NCBI GenBank assembly: GCA_013239625.1
Contig: MU053376.1
Coordinates: forward strand, 2,530,507-2,567,697
DNA: 37,191 nt
Direction of reading: 5' to 3'
DNA from: Lama guanicoe
Lineage: Eukaryota
Shown here: positions 1 to 12,280 of the stretch, in pieces
Layout of the letters: each line of letters starts with the position of its first letter
Position numbering within the stretch: position 1 is the stretch's first letter
The notes under the pieces: generated by a model
Told to the model about the DNA's origin: nothing
Seen by the model: the letters and a program-made list of their open reading frames with translations, nothing else
Databases searched by the model: none
Program-made: the position numbers and the translations under genes

Positions 1-1291
1 TTCCTCCCAGGGCAGCCTGTCACACTCTTGCTTTGGAACCAAGAATGGCCCAAAGCAGCTGGAAGACACAGAAGCAATATGAATAGCATTGCTTCAAAAA
101 ACATAGCAGGGTACCGATTACAATGTGCTTTTAGAGATGCTAATTAGGTCTTTAAAATAACCTGATGCCTTAGGCAAGATGTGACATTTTCCCCATTTGA
201 CAGATGAGAAAGCTGGGGCTCTTTTTACTTCCCCTTCCTATGGGAAGTAGGGAATGCTCTGTAACTGCATCAGCGGGGCAGCCTGTGGATCGCGGCCCCT
301 CTAGAGGGCATCTCAGAGACTGTCCGGATGCAAGACAGCCATGTCCCTAAAGAAGGACCACGGGCCATCCCTGATTAAACACTGAAAGCCCTAAGATCAT
401 CCTTCTCTGTCAGCTCTATGTTTCCAGGCCAGCTTTTTGTCTCAACAGAGTAAAGAAATCCCACCAAACGCCACTGAAGCCCGTGTCATCGGCAGGACAT
501 TAGCGCTGCAGAGACGAATCTGAATCTGAGACAGAAGCTGGATGAGCCCTAAGGTGCTCATGCCTCACCTCCATACCTAGTGTTCTGACCTCAAAAGTTT
601 GAACCCTGAAAACGTCTTCTCTTCTTCCCACTGCCCCTCCCCCTTTCCTTCATCCGTTGGACCAGAAATAGATGCTGCATTTCCTTCCACCGACTTTACA
701 ACCTTGAAACTTGGGGACTATCTCAGGATGGCCATCGAAACCTTAGGCATTTCTACTTGATAAGAAGCCTGAGCAATGAGCAAAACACTCAAGGTGAGAG
801 TCTGGTATCTTTTAATCCTTGACCTCTTTGGGCAACTTGAGGAGGGGCGGAATGGACTAAGAAGTGTGCACAGCCTACATCAAGGCCACCCAGGCAAAGG
901 CCCATTAAATATTAACTACTCGCTGAAACCAGCCCAGCCTCGGAGGAGAGTAAATACATGACATGTGGCATTCTGGCATCTGGAGAGGGTGGGGTGGGGA
1001 GAGGGCTCCAGCCCCACTCCAGTGTGGCTCCTTTGTACCTTCTGAACAGGCCCACGACCCCCTTGTTGCCCTCCTTCCGTGAGCCCACCCCAGTAACTTC
1101 CAAGAGTTCAGCCTCTCTCCCTCAGTGGTCAAAGAGGTCTCCTGTTTCTCTTATGCCAGATGGCTCTGCTTTTTGCTGACCACCCAGAAATGTGCCTTGA
1201 GCTGGAGGACATCCTAAGACAAATGTCAGGAACACAGATCATTCTCCATGAGCACACGGGCAAGTTTTGATGTGTGTTTAAGCAACATTCT

Positions 1292-1404
1292 TTTTTTAAA
1301 AAATTTTTAAACATTTATTTATTTTAATGGAAGTACTGGGGATTGAACCCAGGACCTCTTGCATGCCAAGCACGCATTCTACGACTGAGTTATACACTCC
1401 CCCC
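1292..1404 (-). mobile_element. tRNA-derived SINE (camelid Vic-1-like), short form
   Basis: Minus strand reads ggggggagtgtataactcagtcgtagaatgc...ctgggttcaatccccagtacttcca plus an A-rich tail, with Pol III A and B boxes. Degenerate TSD: gtttaagcaacattct (1276-1291) / gcctaggcaatgttct (1405-1420). Confidence 0.85.
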
Positions 1405-2229
1405 GCCTAGGCAATGTTCTAATCTCCTTTTTTACCAGTGGGTTTGAGGGAGAGGGTGGGCAGAAATAGTCCCTATGCAGAAGAGCTTTGCATGATGCTG
1501 CAGGTTATCTTTGTTGCTGACAAGGTCACCACCTCCGGCAGCCCTCAGTCAGTGAGCTTGGTGGGCTGGTTTTGTGGTGTGGGGCTGAGCTAAAGCCTAA
1601 AGCTCCAGTTGCCAGGACTGGACACCCAATATATATTCACTTAGGGCTGGGGTGCCAGGTCCTGGGAGCCAGGCAGTGAGTCTTCCCTCTTTTCTGAAGC
1701 AGAAGGAAAAGGGGTGAAGTCAGGGACCAGCATGTTGACCCTCACAAGCTGGATGATGGAGAGCTGACTTCCTGCTCTGACTTGACTTCTACATCCAACT
1801 GCCTTGCGCAGGGACCCTGCCAACTGGGACAACTGAAGGAACACAGAGCAGAACCACTGCACTGATCTGGTTCTCCTCTCCGGACTCCGCCACACTGCAC
1901 TGACCTGAGCCCCACTTGGAATTCCTACTAGACTCAACATGCCACCGTGAAATAGTCATGTGGGTGAGGCCCCGGCACAGCTGAGTAGCTTTCTGCTTGC
2001 CAGTCCCTGCGTCTGTTAACAGGCACAAGTTGGAAAATTAATTAAGTTCAACTCAAATAGGTTCAGCTTTGCAACTACATTATCTGTGGGTTTTCCAAAG
2101 ATGAGCAGGTAGCCTGAGTTAGAGTTTTCTCAGTGTAACCAAACCTCACACCCTCTTACAAGCAACTTAGCCTGGCTCATGCCTTATACACCAGTCCACA
2201 AAGAGCTCCATTATGATCACCATTATTGA

Positions 2230-2251
2230 ACACACACACACACACACACAC
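2230..2251. repeat. (CA)n microsatellite
   Basis: About 11 AC units seen directly. Confidence 0.95.
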
Positions 2252-2733
2252 GGCACCCTTTATTTAAATAGAGATAGACGTTGAGTTGATAAAGCCATGG
2301 GGAAATTTCCAGTTAGAAATGCAATGGAAAACCAAGGCACTTTTCTCCTCTGGGCAATCCCCTGTTTTGAATCCCTCTATTCCAACGATTCTCTTCCAAA
2401 ATCACAACTCAGTTTCAATAGTTCAGAGACAGAAATTTCTAAAACACACCTGTTTTCTTTTCTCGCTGCCTACACAATATGCTTATCCAACCTAAATAGG
2501 CAGATGAAAAAAAAAATGTGTCTCGGCCCTGTTCTCCACAAAAACACTGCAATCTCAGGAAGCTGCCTACCCACTCTGATCACATACTGGACTCCAGAGA
2601 GTTGAGGAACAGAGAGGAAAGCCTCCGAGCTGGGGTATAAAGGGCTCCCCACGACTCTAACCCAGACTTCCCACAAAGCCTCCCCCGACCTCTTGCTGTA
2701 GAAAAAGCAATAGTTGGTTAGTAATTAACTCAC

Positions 2734-2910
2734 CTTCACTGCGTCGGGGGCTGAAGAGAAGAAAGAAATACCCTTATATTTCAAAGGGCACAGACAGAGG
2801 CAGAGACCGCTTCACCTGCCTCTTACTGTTTTCTTCTTTTGACCTCTTCCTGACTTACCTAGACAGGTAAATGCTTCATTTGTGCTGCCTTGCCCCACCC
2901 TGCCACTGAC
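2734..2910 (-). other. C1orf116: Non-coding exon 1 (5'UTR) of C1orf116/SARG; coding exons lie left of the window
   Basis: Minus-strand sequence (gcagcacaaatgaagcatttacctgtctaggtaagtcagg...cttcagcccccgacgcagtgaag) resembles my recollection of the human C1orf116 5'UTR. It ends in a consensus donor AAG|GTGAGT at 2734/2733 and fits the known synteny downstream of YOD1. TSS approximate. Confidence 0.72.
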
Positions 2911-3025
2911 TCTCAGCCAATCCCAGCCTTCCCTCCCACCCTCTCCTTCTCAGTCCAGCTGTTTCCCCGGGGAGGGCGTGGGAGGGGCCGGGGGAGGGCC
3001 GCGCTGCTCTCACTTAGCCAATCTC
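2911..3025 (-). promoter_or_regulatory. C1orf116 proximal promoter: two CCAAT boxes flanking a GC/KLF-SP box cluster
   Basis: agCCAATc at 2917-2921 and 3018-3022; G-rich tract 2969-2998 directly upstream of the putative exon 1. Confidence 0.6.
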
Positions 3026-3914
3026 CTCTTGCCCTCGCCTTCCCTCTTTGAGAGCCAGTAAAGAGTTCTTAAAAACACAGGAGGGCTGGAAGGAGGAGGG
3101 CTGAGACTGGGGGTGGGGGGTAGGCAAAAACATATTATTATTTTTAAAATTATTATTATTTTAAAATCGTGATACGAGGAAACACAGTCCGCTGGGCAGT
3201 ATGCTTTTCCGGGTGTCTGTTTGAAACTTGGTTTTCTATCTAGAACGGCTCTCTTCCTCTGGAAACTAAGTATTGCCTTGAACTCTCCAAGTTAAAATGC
3301 TTTGTGGCCAGTGTTGCTACTAACTTGCTTGTCTTCCAGAAGCGCTTTCATCCTCAGGCCTTTTCGTAGCAGCAGCTGCCCTCAGGCCCGCGGAGGGAGG
3401 CGTCTGAGGGTAGGGATACCGAAGCTCAGACATCATGCCCCACGGTTTGCCAATGACCTTCTTGGCCTCATTTATTTCTGGGGGAAATAAAATTATTTTC
3501 TCCTCCAAGAGATTCCTTTTCTGATGAAAAAAGTGACAGGACAGCCTGGAAGGAGGGAACACGCTCACTTTCCTTTGGGTCTCTGGTCTCTTTTAGCTGT
3601 GCATAGGATGTAACAATGCATATTAAGAAGTCAAAACAAAATAAGCTACCAACCAGTTTAGCAACTCCTGTCTCCTTCCATGGGCGGATTTTTGGCACCT
3701 GTAGTTAAAACAACTGGAAGACAGTAGGGAGAAAGGAGCACGTGGAAGAACCCAATGCTTTCAGAAGAAATCTTCCTCCAGGCACAGAAGCTACTTTCAC
3801 CAGATACGCCTTTTGCCTGGAAGCTGGTTTTTCCTGGATATAAGTTATCCTCGATACCAAAAGGGCACGAGGAAAAATTAAAATCAATGTACGTAGTAAC
3901 TGTCAAAGTTGATT

Positions 3915-4100
3915 AAGCCCTTGCTGTGCACTAGGTAAATTGTGCTGTGCTAAGCATTTTCATGCATCAGGTCATTTAATCCTTATCTGAACTTCAAAAG
4001 GTGGGCACTATTAATACGCAAAATTTACAAGGTGGTTAAATAACTGGCTCAAGATCATGTAGCTAGGATGTGGCAGAGCAGGGATTTCAACTCAGACAGG
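3915..4100 (-). mobile_element. MIR SINE relic
   Basis: tgtgctaagcatttt...tcatttaatcctt...ggttaaataactggctcaagatcatgtagcta...ggcagagcagggatttcaactcag, typical of the MIR core. Confidence 0.7.
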
Positions 4101-5415
4101 ACAGCCTCAGGCTTGCTGTATATTGGTAAGATGTGTCAGCCTCTATTTTGGACATAATCCCAAGTAGGAAAGATGAAATACACAGATAATGTGCAAGTCT
4201 AATAATGACAACTAGATTCATCCTTTCTTGTCTCATTTCTTTCCTGTAGCTATTCATATCTTATATAACAAGATGACACATGGCTTTTATCTTTTCTCTT
4301 GTGATCTCTGCAATATGATCATTGCAGAAGAGCAACGATCATGGGGCCGAGGTACAGAAGACGTAGGGCAGGACTAGTGAGGAGAAATGAGGTTCAAGGA
4401 AGCCTGGGATAACTCAGTACTCTGGCAGCAGCATGTGAGTAACAGAGCTGACTGAGCACCTAAGGATGATGACCTCTCTTCCTGATGTGTCATTCAAACA
4501 TGTATGATGTCATAATACCAACACAACAGGAAGGGCATCTCCAAATCAGAAGTTCAGTGCAACTAGAGTTACACCCATGGATGGAGCCACTGAAGCTGAT
4601 CCAGCTTCATAGGTGTGTGATTTGAACGTTTGCTAAAAAATGAATTGACTTATGAGCATTAGCCTCAAAGATGAGAGTAGGTGCATTTTATGAACGGGTT
4701 TTCAGTTTATAATAAAATGATAATAATAATGGGCCTCTCTCTTCTCCCCGGTAGGAGTAGGGACAGAGACAAAGTGATCTTTCTGTTCCTCTCTTTCCAT
4801 TTTTTAACATTTTTTAAAAATTATGAAATATTTCAGATACCATGGTGTAATAAACATCACTGTACCTAACACCCAGTTCAAGAAAAAGGACTTTAACATT
4901 ACAGTTGAAGTTGCTCACAAATTTTGTTCCCCTGTCCCCCCTGCCTCCTCAAGCCAGACATACACCCCAGCTGAGATAAATCACTATTCTGAAATTGCTG
5001 GTTTTCATACTCCATATCTTTAAATGTTTTCCTTGGAATCTTGCTTGTTTTTGCTTTGCTTTCTTTGTTTTGGGGCTTGGGAAAATACCAAGTGTCTAAG
5101 GTTCCAAGAGAATTGGGAAAGGGACCTGGACCAGGGGAAAGAGAGAATTTCTAAAGTCAGAAACACCTGAGAGACTAAGGCTCCCTGGCTGATGCAGGTC
5201 ATCATTTGAGGAGGAATGTGTGTTGCTCTTTGTATATGAATTCCTATTTGATGATCTGACTGTGGAATCTAATTACAGTCCAGCTCACCTGACTCATCTG
5301 TGTCCTCACTGTGTCTCCATCCTTGCGTGCTGGTGCAGTGTGGTCATCTCCTCGACTATCAGAAACATTTCCTTTCTCAGTACAGCTTTCCCATTGAAGC
5401 ATCACATTTCCCCTA

Positions 5416-5442
5416 CACACACACACACACTCACACACACAC
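5416..5442. repeat. Interrupted (CA)n microsatellite
   Basis: Seen directly. Confidence 0.9.
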
Positions 5443-6149
5443 CCCACCTTAAAACCAAAACAGTCATTGGTCAATCTTTCCTCTTTGGGCTGCTTACAAA
5501 GTTGGAGTCTCTGCAAAACAGAGTGGACTTCCATTCTAACCATTCCCAGTACTTATTTATCCGCATTATGATCACATTCTAGCAGCATCTTTTTTCTCCT
5601 TTTCCTCTCCAAGGGAGAAGTGAAGTTATTTCCAACATGTATTATCAGCAGCCCTAGGACACACTGGGTACCCACTGTGTTCATGGCACTGGGCATGACA
5701 CTCGATGCTGGGTCTCTGAGTGTATGTTGAATGTATCGGGGAGAGGGAAGGTTTTATTCCTTAAGTAGTAGCAAGAACTTGCTTTAAAGGGAAAGAATGC
5801 AGATAAGGGTGATTATAATTTGGCTACAAACCGTGGAATTGATTGGCCGGATTAAGACATCAAATAGATCACCAAGTTCTCACCAAACTATTATTAGTGT
5901 TTAGCCTAAAATAATTGGATACTAAAGGGTGTAATTAAGTGGGTTTGGATGAAGGAGTTCTGAAATTACCTAATCGTTCAGTAGTTGCTGGGAGTAGCTT
6001 CTTGTTTTCCTTCCTATCTGTTTTGAGAGCAGTGTTCCTTTGGCCTACTTACCATGGGAATTTGGAGGATTTCCGCAGTCTTTTCCCTCCCGGTGTTAAA
6101 GAAAGTTTGAGGGATGAGATCTCCTAGTAGCATTAGTGAGTTTTGTAAG

Positions 6150-7020
6150 AAATGCCAAATCTTAACCTGTTGGAAATTGAACTGGTCTTACCACTACCCC
6201 TCAAACCTGTCCTCTCTCCTGTATTCCATGCCAGCTAATTACACCATCACACCTATCCCTCACTCAGATTCATCCCATGCCAGCTAATTACACCATCACA
6301 CCCATCCCTCACTCAGATTCATCCCATGCCGGCTAATTACACCATCACACCCATCCCTCACTCAGATTCATCCCATGCCAGCTAATTACGCCATCACACC
6401 TATCCTCACCCAGATTCAGTAATTCACAGCAATCCTCCCATGTCTCCTGTGAGCTCACTCTCCTGTTTCCAGCTCTCCACCCTCTCTGCTCCGGATCAGG
6501 TCTTCACTCTTTGTGGAATCATGAGCCGTTAAAGATGGAAGAGACTTCGGAAATTCCTCATTTCATATCTTTCACTCTATAAATGCACATCTGAATTGTC
6601 ATTCCTCTTAAAATACTTTGAGGCATTTTCATAGCATTCCGGCTGAAATTCAAAGTCCCAATATGACATAATAAGACCTTCCTGGTCTTATTATGAGCTG
6701 GTCCTGCATGCTTTTCCCGCCACATATTCATCATATATTATTTACTATGGTCACATCTAATTTTTTCTGAAATTGTCATGTTTTCATACTCCTGGGCCTT
6801 TGCACATGCTGTACCCTTTGCTTGAACCCACTCCCACCCTGTCCTCCTGGCTTATTCTTAGCCTTCCTTCAAGGTTCAGCCCAAGCATCACCTTCTTTTG
6901 GAACAGGATGTTAGATGTTGCTTCATTGTAATCTCAACATAATGTACATATCTGTAGATTTAACCCACTGGGATGTAACTGTCCTCCTTCTCTCCCTGCA
7001 AAATTTGAATTTGTGAAGGG
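6150..7020 (+). mobile_element. L2 LINE relic hosting the minisatellite
   Basis: L2-like stretches such as gggcctttgcacatgctgtaccctttgcttgaa and ccttccttcaaggttcagcccaagcatcacct; boundaries approximate. Confidence 0.55.
6224..6418. repeat. 49-bp minisatellite, 4 near-identical copies
   Basis: Unit ccatgccagctaattacaccatcacacc(t/c)atccctcactcagattcatc; ccatg starts at 6226, 6275, 6324 and 6373 (period 49). Confidence 0.95.
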
Positions 7021-10000
7021 CATCAGATTTTTCTGTGTATAACTCTTCTATTGTATTATAGTAGTTAGATATTAATGTCAAAACTGATGATAAAATTTTG
7101 GGAAACTGAAGTCCTTTACTTAAGAAACTTGTCTTAAAAAACTCATTTTTTTTTGAGATAGTGTTGGTAGATAATCCATCTACTGCTACAGTTTTGCTTA
7201 TTTTCCCCTAAATCTTGTCCTTTGACATTACTATTAAACTACATATTGCTCTTAGAAGGAAGAGGCATTGTCTCATCAGGGTTTTTGCAGAAGTTTTTGA
7301 CCTTTTGATGTTGTGAATATATTTATATATATGTATATAATATATATCTATATCTGAGATGCTGTGAAGGTCCCAAACTAACATTGCAATAATTTAAAAC
7401 ATATCTGGCAATGGGCTGACTTATTTCCTTGTCTTTCTTAGACTGCTTCTAACATCATTTGTGTTCTTTATTTATCATGATAGATTTCAATGTCAAAATT
7501 ATTTAATAAATAAGAAATATCAGGTTTAATAGTATTCATAAAAAACTGTAACTTATAGCAAAATATTCAATACTAGAAAATGCTAGGTAACATTAATGGA
7601 TAATATTTGGATCTCCCAGCAAGCTAATAGCTCTACACAGAATCCTTTGGTGAAATTGCTAATATAAGAATTTATTTTGCTTCTCAAACTTGTTATTTCT
7701 TGGAACACTCTTCATAGAATTTGCATTAAGGATATTACGAGTAAAATATATTAATATTTATTTTATTCATTAGTGGCAGTATGCAGGTCCATGGAATACA
7801 CACTTACACTATGACAACAATTATAAGCAAGACAAATGGATTAGACTGTAACCATTTCCCTCCTGTCTGCTAGTGTCTCAGTTCCCAGAAATGTCAACTT
7901 TACCTTCTGCTCCACATGTCAGCATTTCCTGCTCTTGCTTTCGATTTGTTATCATTGGATTCCTTCAGACCACTGACATCTCTTGTTGAGATACATAGCC
8001 ATTAATAAAATATTAGTGGGCTAAATGCTTCAATCAAAAGACATAGGGTGGTGGATTGGATTGAAAAAAAAAAAAAGACCCATCTGTATACTGCCTATTA
8101 GAGACTCATTTCAGAGGTAAAGACAAACACCAACTGAAAGAGGATGGAAAAAGATATTTCATGCAAACAGAAATGACAAGAAAGCAGGGACATCAATATT
8201 CATATCAGACAAAATAGACTTTAAAACAAAGTATAAACATACTTTGGTATGAAACTAAAAATCAATTACAGGAAGAGAAATGAGAAAAAAAATAACTGCA
8301 TGGAAACTAAACAACATGCTACTGAAAAAAAAAATAGGTCAATGGAGATATCAAAGAGGAGTCAGAAAATACCTTGAGACAAATGAAAATGGAAGCACAA
8401 CTTTCCAAAATCTCTGGGATGCAGCAAAAGCTGTTCTAAAAAGGAAGTTCATAGCAGTACAGACCTTCCTCAAAAAACAAGAAAAATCTCAAATAAACAA
8501 CCTAATTTACTATCTAAATGAATTAGAAATAGAAGAACAAGAAGAACAAACAAAGCCTAAATTCAAGAGAAAGTAGGAAATAATAAAAATCAGAGAGGAA
8601 ATAAAATAGAGACCAAAAAAAAAAATCAGTAAAACCAAAAGCTGAATTTTTAAAAAGATAAAGTTGATAACCCTCTAGCCAGGCTCACCAAGAAGAAAAG
8701 AGAGAGGACCTAAATAAGAAAGGAAAGTGGAAAAATAACAACTACAGAGATACAAAAAACCATAAGAGAATACTACAAATATGCCACCAAATTGGACAAC
8801 CAAGGAGAAATAGACACATTTCTAGAACCATACAATATGCCAAGACTGAATCAAGAAGAAACAGACAATTTGAACAGACTGAGCACTAGTACTGAAACTG
8901 AATTTGTAATTTAAAAAAACTCCTAGCAAACAAATGTCCAGGACCAGATGGCTTCATGGGAAATTCTACCAAACATATAAAGTAGAGCTAATACCTATTC
9001 TTCTATTCCAAACTATTCCAAAAAATTGAAGAGGATGGAACATTCCCAAAGTCATTCTACAAGGCCACCATTAGCCTGATACCAAAACCAGACAAAGATA
9101 CTACAAGAAAAGAAAATTACAGACCAATATCTCTGGTGAGTACAGATGCAAAAATCCTCAACAAAATATCAGCAAACCAAATTTGACAATATATAAAAAT
9201 GATCATACACCATGATCAAGTGGGGTTTATTCCAGGGTCACAAGGATAGTTCAGTATTAACAAATCAATCAATGAGATGCACCACATTAATAAAAGGAAG
9301 AAAAAAAAATCACATGATCATCTCAACAGATGCAGAAAATCATTTGACAAAATGCAACATCCATTTATGATAAAAAGTCTCAACAAAAGTTGAGATAGAG
9401 GGAACATATTTCAACATTATAAATGTCATTTAGGAGAAAAGCACAGCTAACATCATACTCAACAGTGAAAAGCTGAAAGCCTTTCCTCTAATTTCAGGAA
9501 AAATACAAGGATGCCCATTCACACCACTTCTATTTAACATAGCAATGGAAGTCCTAGCCACAGCAATCAAACAAGAAAAAAAAAAAAGCACCCAAATTAA
9601 GAGAAGTAAAACTGTCAATATTTGCAGATGAAATGATACAAGATATAAAAAACCCTAAAGTCTCCACCAAAAAGCTATTAGAAATAACAAATGAATTCAG
9701 TAATGTTGCAGTATTTAATATTAATATACAGAAATCTGTTGATTCTCTACACTAATAATGAAGTATCAGAAAGAGAAAATAAAAACCCAATCCCATTTAA
9801 AATTACATCAAAAAGAATAAAATACCTAGGAATAACTTAACCAAGAAGATAAAAGACTTATACTCTGAAAACTCTAAAACACTGATGAAGGAAATTAAAG
9901 AGAATACAAAGAAATAGAAAGATATTCTGTGTTCTGTGGATTGGAAGAATTAATATTCTTAAAACGTCCACAGTACCCATTAAACTAGAGATTTAATGCA

Positions 10001-10576
10001 ATCCCTATCAAAATATCCATGACATTTTCCCAGAACTAGAACAGATAATCCTAAAATCCATATAGAACCATGAAAGATGCCAAGTTGCCAAAACAATCTT
10101 GAGAAAAAAGAGAACAAAGCTGGAGATATCACCCTCCCTGACTTCAGACTATACAACTAAGCTACAGTAAAAAATAAAAACAGCAGGGCACTGGCACAAT
10201 AAGAGACACATAGACCAATGAAACAGGATACAGAGTCCAGAAATAAACCCACACAACTATAGTCAGGTAATCTATGACAAAGTAGGCAGAATATACAATG
10301 GAGAAAAGATCTCTCCAATAAGTAGTGCAGGGAAAACTGGACAGCCACATATAAAAGAATGAGATTAGAACATTACCTCACACTATAGACAGAAGTAAAC
10401 TCAAAATGGATTAAAGACCTAAATGTAAGACCTGAAACCATGAAACTCCTAGAAGAGAACATAGGCAGAACACTCCTTGGCATAAAACGTAGCAATATTT
10501 TTTTTTGGATTTGTCTCCTAAGGGAAAAGAAATAAAAGCAAAAATAAACAAATAGTACTCAAACTTAAAAGCTTTT

Positions 10577-10847
10577 TAGAAAATTGAAATATAGTTGGTG
10601 TACAATATTATATAAGTTACAGGTGTACAACATAGTGATTTGTGATTTTTTTAAGGTTAAATTCCACTTATAATTATTATAAAATACTGGCTATATTCCC
10701 TGTGTTGCACAATATATCCTCATAGCTTATTTATTTTTCACTTAATAGTTTGTACCTCTTTATCCCCTACCCCTATCTTGCCTATCTTCTGTTCCCTTTC
10801 CCCACTCATAACCACTAGTTTGTTTTCTGTATCTGTCTGTTTCCTTT
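10577..10847 (-). mobile_element. 5'-truncated L1 3'-end fragment nested in the older L1
   Basis: Perfect 16-bp TSD aaacttaaaagctttt (10561-10576 and 10848-10863); insert has L1 3'UTR-type sequence (tacaatattatataagttacaggtgtacaacatagtg). Confidence 0.88.
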
Positions 10848-11023
10848 AAACTTAAAAGCTTTTGCACAGCACAGGAAACTATCAACAAAACAAAAAGACA
10901 ACCTAGGGAATGGGAGAAAATATTCACAAATGATATGACAAAGAGTTAATATCCAAAACATATAAACAGCCCATACAGCTCGATATCATAAATACAAACA
11001 ACTCAATCACAAAATGGACAGAA

Positions 11024-11176
11024 GGGGGGAGGGTACAGCTCAGTGGCAGAGTGCATGCCTAGAATGCATGAGGTCCTGGGTTCAATTCCCAGCACCTCCA
11101 TTGAAAAATAATAAATAACTAAACCTCGTTACCTCCCCCACAAAGAGTTAAACAATAAATAAATTTAAAAAGAAAC
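11024..11176 (+). mobile_element. tRNA-derived SINE (camelid Vic-1-like) nested in L1
   Basis: ggggggagggtacagctcagtggcagagtgc...gggttcaattcccagcacctcca with A/B boxes and an A-rich tail; degenerate TSD aaaatggacagaa / aaaatgagtggaa. Confidence 0.88.
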
Positions 11177-11627
11177 AAAATGAGTGGAAGTCCTGAATAG
11201 ACATTTTATCCAAAGAAGACATGCAGGTAGATGGCTAATAGGCATGTGAAAAGATGCTCAGCATTGCTACTTATTAGAGGAATGCATATCCAAACAGCTG
11301 AGATATCATCTCACACCTGTCAGAATGGCTATCATCAAAAGGACCACAAACAACAAATGTTGGCAAGGATTTGGAGAAAATGGAACCCTTGCACACTGTT
11401 GGTGAGAATGCAAATTGGTATAGCCACTATGGAAAACAGTATGGAGGTTCCTCAAAGAACTAAAAATAGCACTAGCATATGATTCAGCAATTCCAGTCCT
11501 GGGTATATATCAGTAAAAAATAAAAACACTAATTTGAAAAGATACATGAACCCCAATCATTTACAATATCCAAGATATGAAAGCAACCCAAGTGTCCATC
11601 AACAGACAAATGGATAAAGAAGATGTG

Positions 11628-11630
11628 ATA

Positions 11631-11681
<51 letters not shown>
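11628..11681. repeat. (TA)n(CA)~20 microsatellite inside L1
   Basis: Seen directly. Confidence 0.95.
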
Positions 11682-11683
<2 letters not shown>

Positions 11684-11846
11684 AATACTACTCAGCCATA
11701 AAAAAAGAAACATCACTTTATCCTCTTAGTTTCAGTACAGACACCCTTTGTTCTATCCTCACCTGAAAAAGGTTGTAACAAGCTCTAAGTTGCTCAGTGA
11801 GGGAGGGGAGATCTGAGAGGTCTGTTTCTTAACCAGATTCTCCATT

Positions 11847-12031
11847 AAAACTTTTTTTTTATTTAAGTATGGTCAGTTTACAAGTTACATCAATTTCTGG
11901 TGTACAACACAATGCTCCAGTCGTACAGGAACATACATATATTCGTTTTTGTATTCTTTTTCATCATAAGTTACTACAAGATACTGAATATACTTCCCTG
12001 TGCTTTGCAGTATAAATTTGTTGTTTATCTA
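11847..12031 (-). mobile_element. Short L1 3'-end fragment
   Basis: T-tract followed by L1 3'UTR-like sequence; degenerate TSD cagattctccatt (11834-11846) / cagattttctatt (12032-12044). Confidence 0.75.
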
Positions 12032-12245
12032 CAGATTTTCTATTTTCAAGGTTTTTCCATCCCTGTTTCCAGAGGTATTAACACCACCAATTTTTGAATT
12101 TTTGGGGAGCTCCACAGAAAAGGGGTTGCTGGCTTAGGATTCAGCTTTTTCAAATCTGCTAGGTCGGTTATCACTTATCCAACTCCTGGCTAGCTTCAAA
12201 ATTTTGTTGCTATTATTACCCTTACCATCTCATTATCCTTGGGAG

Positions 12246-12247
<2 letters not shown>

Positions 12248-12280
<33 letters not shown>

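Larger units (their letters stand above)
7991..11710 (+). mobile_element. Decayed L1 ORF2 (endonuclease-RT-C-terminal region) with many stops and frameshifts
   Basis: GLNASIKRHRVVDWI-like EN start (~8018); ORF 8280-8576 contains ETNENGSTTFQNLWDAAKAVL; PGPDGF and NYRPISL motifs; RT motif reads FADEMI at 9621-9638; ends at aatactactcagccataaaaaaagaaa. Confidence 0.95.

Noticed and set aside
1..2733. Androgen response element known from SARG intron 1
   Set aside because: No convincing match found; as I recall it lies further into the intron, outside this window.
6224..6418. CRISPR-like array
   Set aside because: Units are contiguous with no unique spacers, no cas genes are present, and the context is eukaryotic.
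11024..11100. tRNA gene (also 1330-1404)
   Set aside because: The tRNA-like head is followed by an A-rich tail and TSDs, so these are SINEs.
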